From the NCBI GenBank assembly GCA_963706955.1, contig CAVPOC010000005.1:96001-160000 (forward strand): a stretch of DNA of 64,000 nt. Direction: 5' to 3'. Each line of letters opens with the position of its first letter. Position 1 is the first letter of the stretch. Positions 61,502 to 64,000 of this stretch are shown here, piece after piece. The DNA comes from an uncultured Verrucomicrobiae bacterium (lineage in GTDB: Bacteria; Verrucomicrobiota; Verrucomicrobiia; Chthoniobacterales; Terrimicrobiaceae). The notes below the pieces were generated by a model. That model was given only the letters and a program-made list of their open reading frames with translations. It was not told the origin of the DNA and did not search any database. The translations under genes and the position numbers were made by a program.

Positions 61502-62545
61502 TCACTGGCCGAGTTCGTCCTCGAGGTGGACTCGGATGATCTCATCGAATGAGGTTTCGGCGGTGAAGCCGAGCGCGCGGGCCCGGGTCGCTGCCAGGGC
61601 GGGCGCCCAGCCGGACACCATGCGCATGATCGTCTCGTCCGGCTCGCGGCGGATCAGCGCCACCGCCGAATCACCTGCGACGCGACGCAGCGCCTCGATC
61701 TGCTCCCCGACGGTCGCGCTGACCCCCGGCATCGACAGGGTCCGGTCCGGCCCGATCAAGGCGGAGTCGATCGTCGCCGCCTGGATCAGGAAGCCGACCG
61801 CCGAGCGCGGCGAGGCGTGCCAGTGCCGGACGGACTCGGGCACCGGCAACACCGCCTCCTGACCGACCAGCGGCTCGCGCAGGATGCTGGAGAAGAACCC
61901 GGATGCCGCTGCGTTTGGCTTGCCAGGACGGATGCAGATGGTCGGCAGCCGGATGCCAACCCCATCGACGAACCCACGCCGGGTGAAGTCCGCCAGCAGC
62001 AACTCGTCGATCGCCTTCTGAGTCCCGTAGCTCGTCCGGGGCGTCGCCGGAAATTCGTCCGGGATGAGATCGGGCAACGGAGCGCCGTACACCGCGATCG
62101 AGGACGCGAACACCAGCCGCGGCAGATAGCCGTCCACGAGATGAGTGCGACGGATCGCTTCCAGCAGGTGGCGGGTGCCGTCGAGATTGACCCGATAACC
62201 CTTGTCGAAGTCGGCTTCCGCCTCGCCGGAGACGACCGCGGCTAGGTGGAGGATCACCTCCGGCCGGCGAGCCACCACAGCGTCGCCCGCCCCCGGTCCC
62301 GCCAGGTCGAGCACGGCGCGGTCGAGCACGCCCGTCCAGGCCTCAGGTGTCGCAGGCTCCACGACGTCGAATAGGCTGAGCCGGTCCAGGGCGACCCCGC
62401 CGAGGTGGCCATCGGCAACGAGCCGATCGGTCAGCTTGCGGCCGATCATCCCAGCCGCGCCGGTCACTGCGACATGCACTCCGATCCTTCTCTCGTCTTT
62501 AGGCGGAGTTTGAGAGTGCGCGGTTTGATTGTTCATAAGCATCAC
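61502..62545 (-). CDS. NAD-dependent epimerase/dehydratase, D-erythronate dehydrogenase-like
   Basis: TGAAGMIG, HLAAVVSGEAEADFDKG, SYGTQK and RPGKPNAAAS. Likely start is GTG 62479. Confidence 0.82.
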   Translation of the reverse strand: MMLMNNQTAHSQTPPKDERRIGVHVAVTGAAGMIGRKLTDRLVADGHLGGVALDRLSLFDVVEPATPEAWTGVLDRAVLDLAGPGAGDAVVARRPEVILHLAAVVSGEAEADFDKGYRVNLDGTRHLLEAIRRTHLVDGYLPRLVFASSIAVYGAPLPDLIPDEFPATPRTSYGTQKAIDELLLADFTRRGFVDGVGIRLPTICIRPGKPNAAASGFFSSILREPLVGQEAVLPVPESVRHWHASPRSAVGFLIQAATIDSALIGPDRTLSMPGVSATVGEQIEALRRVAGDSAVALIRREPDETIMRMVSGWAPALAATRARALGFTAETSFDEIIRVHLEDELGQ

Positions 62546-62995
62546 CCATTAGATTGGGAGGTTCCATCTCGTAAGCTCTCTGCTGGCATCCTTGAAGGCG
62601 TCTGCTGCCTTTCAGTGCTATCCAGACCGAGGAGAAGCTGTATTAGATAGAATCCAAATACTTTACGCCGAGGAGACCATAATCTTCCCGAGTAGCTCTA
62701 GTCGAACAGCTTCAGCCGAAGGAATAGCGATAGAACACGCGCCGGCGCGGGGCCGAAAAGCATAGAATTTGGCTGCCAAGCCTTAAGTCCCGATCTGTTC
62801 GGCGCGTTCGGTGCTTCGACTTGGAGGGTTAGTGATGTGACCGCTCCTAACCACTGACAAAGCGATCAATCGAGGTTTCACGATGGAGTTACCTCTTAAG
62901 GCTCCCTAAACAAATCGACGATCAAGGTTGGTTGATGTTGTTCGACGGTGCCCAATTTCTACGCTCCTCGGAGTCACTGACCCAGAGCGCCGCGT

Positions 62996-63824
62996 TCAAG
63001 GGAGCCGAAACGTGAGTTCGATCGCCGTGTGATCGGAACCATTGCCGGGGATCGCCCGGGCGCGAACTTCACGAAGGCCGCGCACGAACACATGATCGAG
63101 AACAAATCCATCGGGCCACTTCGTCAAATGGTGGGACTCGGCCACATCCACGTGCGCCAGCCCGAGCCGGGCAGTCTCGGCAAACAAAAGGTCCGTCTTC
63201 TTCACGGTCATGGGTGTTGAAATCACCCGCCCATACGACTGGCCCGCGATGGCGTGCGATTTCTTCGCCGACCGCAGCCAACTGGCGCCTGAACGGTTCT
63301 AGATCGAACGTGAATTTGCCCGCGAGGTTCAGCCCATGCGTGTTGGCTACAAGCAGTTCATCGCCGCTGGCGGCAATGCGATAGACGGTGACGATGCTGC
63401 TCTTTGGAGTGCCAACGATGGGCTCGCTATTGCTCGTCAGCATGACCTTCGATCGAACTGGGTTGGCAGTCGCGCCGGTCGCGCAGCCGGCAAAGCCGTC
63501 ACCATAGCGGATCGCGTGCGCCATGACGTAGTGGTGACCGCTGATCGCGGTGACGGTCCCTTGTGGGCCACGCCCAGCCCCATGAGTCGACATTTCCTGC
63601 AGGACAATGACGTCAGCGTTTCGAGTCAACCGTGCGAATTCGCTACCGAAGCGCGTCCGTGTGCCTTTGTAGACGTTCCAATCCAGAAATCGCACGCTGC
63701 GCGAGAGTGAAGTCTTCGTGGCTGTACCGAACGTGCTCGAAATCGGCTGGCTGGACTTGATCGGACTCGCGCAAGCGGCCAGACCAATTGCACAAAGAAG
63801 AGAAAGAAACGTCCGCAAAATCAT
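62996..63824 (-). CDS. Endonuclease/exonuclease/phosphatase family lipoprotein (frameshift near 63205)
   Basis: LAAC lipobox, WNVYK, LQE and AGDFNT, then LDHVF and SDH in another frame. Confidence 0.82.
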
Positions 63825-64000
63825 AGTGCCCCCGCGAGATTGAACGGCCGGGTGGTGCAGTAAGCGGAAGGACACGCGGAGAGACCCTTTGCCGACTACT
63901 ACACTACTGACAAGGCGAATGGCGATTGTGAAGACCCGCAGCCATAGGGATCGTCCCCACCTAAGCGGGGCTCCACGAAATTCGCTGCGCCTGGCTATGG

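Noticed and set aside
1..64000. tRNA, rRNA, integrase or prophage genes
   Set aside because: None recognised by eye. A tRNAscan/Infernal run was not possible.

Overview
This is a 64-kb GC-rich bacterial window. Gene style suggests a soil Verrucomicrobia/Chthoniobacterales-like genome, which is an inference only. Most of it is accessory content: a stress/DNA-repair cluster (CsbD, UdgX, Ku, Lon, Hsp20), an ECF sigma/PAS/fasciclin module, an adenylate cyclase with an NDH-2-cNMP fusion, Ogt/AlkA, HPr, a VapBC-type toxin-antitoxin pair, a sugar ABC transporter and several pseudogenes. The standout is a minus-strand locus at about 27.2-35.8 kb. It encodes a PpiC-like foldase, a C39-peptidase ABC exporter with two N-terminal cNMP-binding domains, HlyD and a receiver-less sigma-54 activator. 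These are followed by a sigma-54-like promoter and a tandem array of very short ORFs largely missed by the ORF track. The array holds six 42-57 aa peptides with a conserved ~30-aa Lys-rich leader (..KDLxPxKDxxG) and variable Pro/Arg-rich tails, interleaved with intact and decayed copies of a second family that shares the motif. It looks like a multi-precursor peptide export (RiPP-like) system with no recognisable modifying enzyme. A second oddity is a ~1.73-kb inverted repeat (39468-41198) built from two degraded IS1182-like transposase 5' halves meeting at a perfect 52-bp palindrome. Many single-base frameshifts in otherwise intact genes suggest long-read consensus errors, so pseudogene calls need caution.
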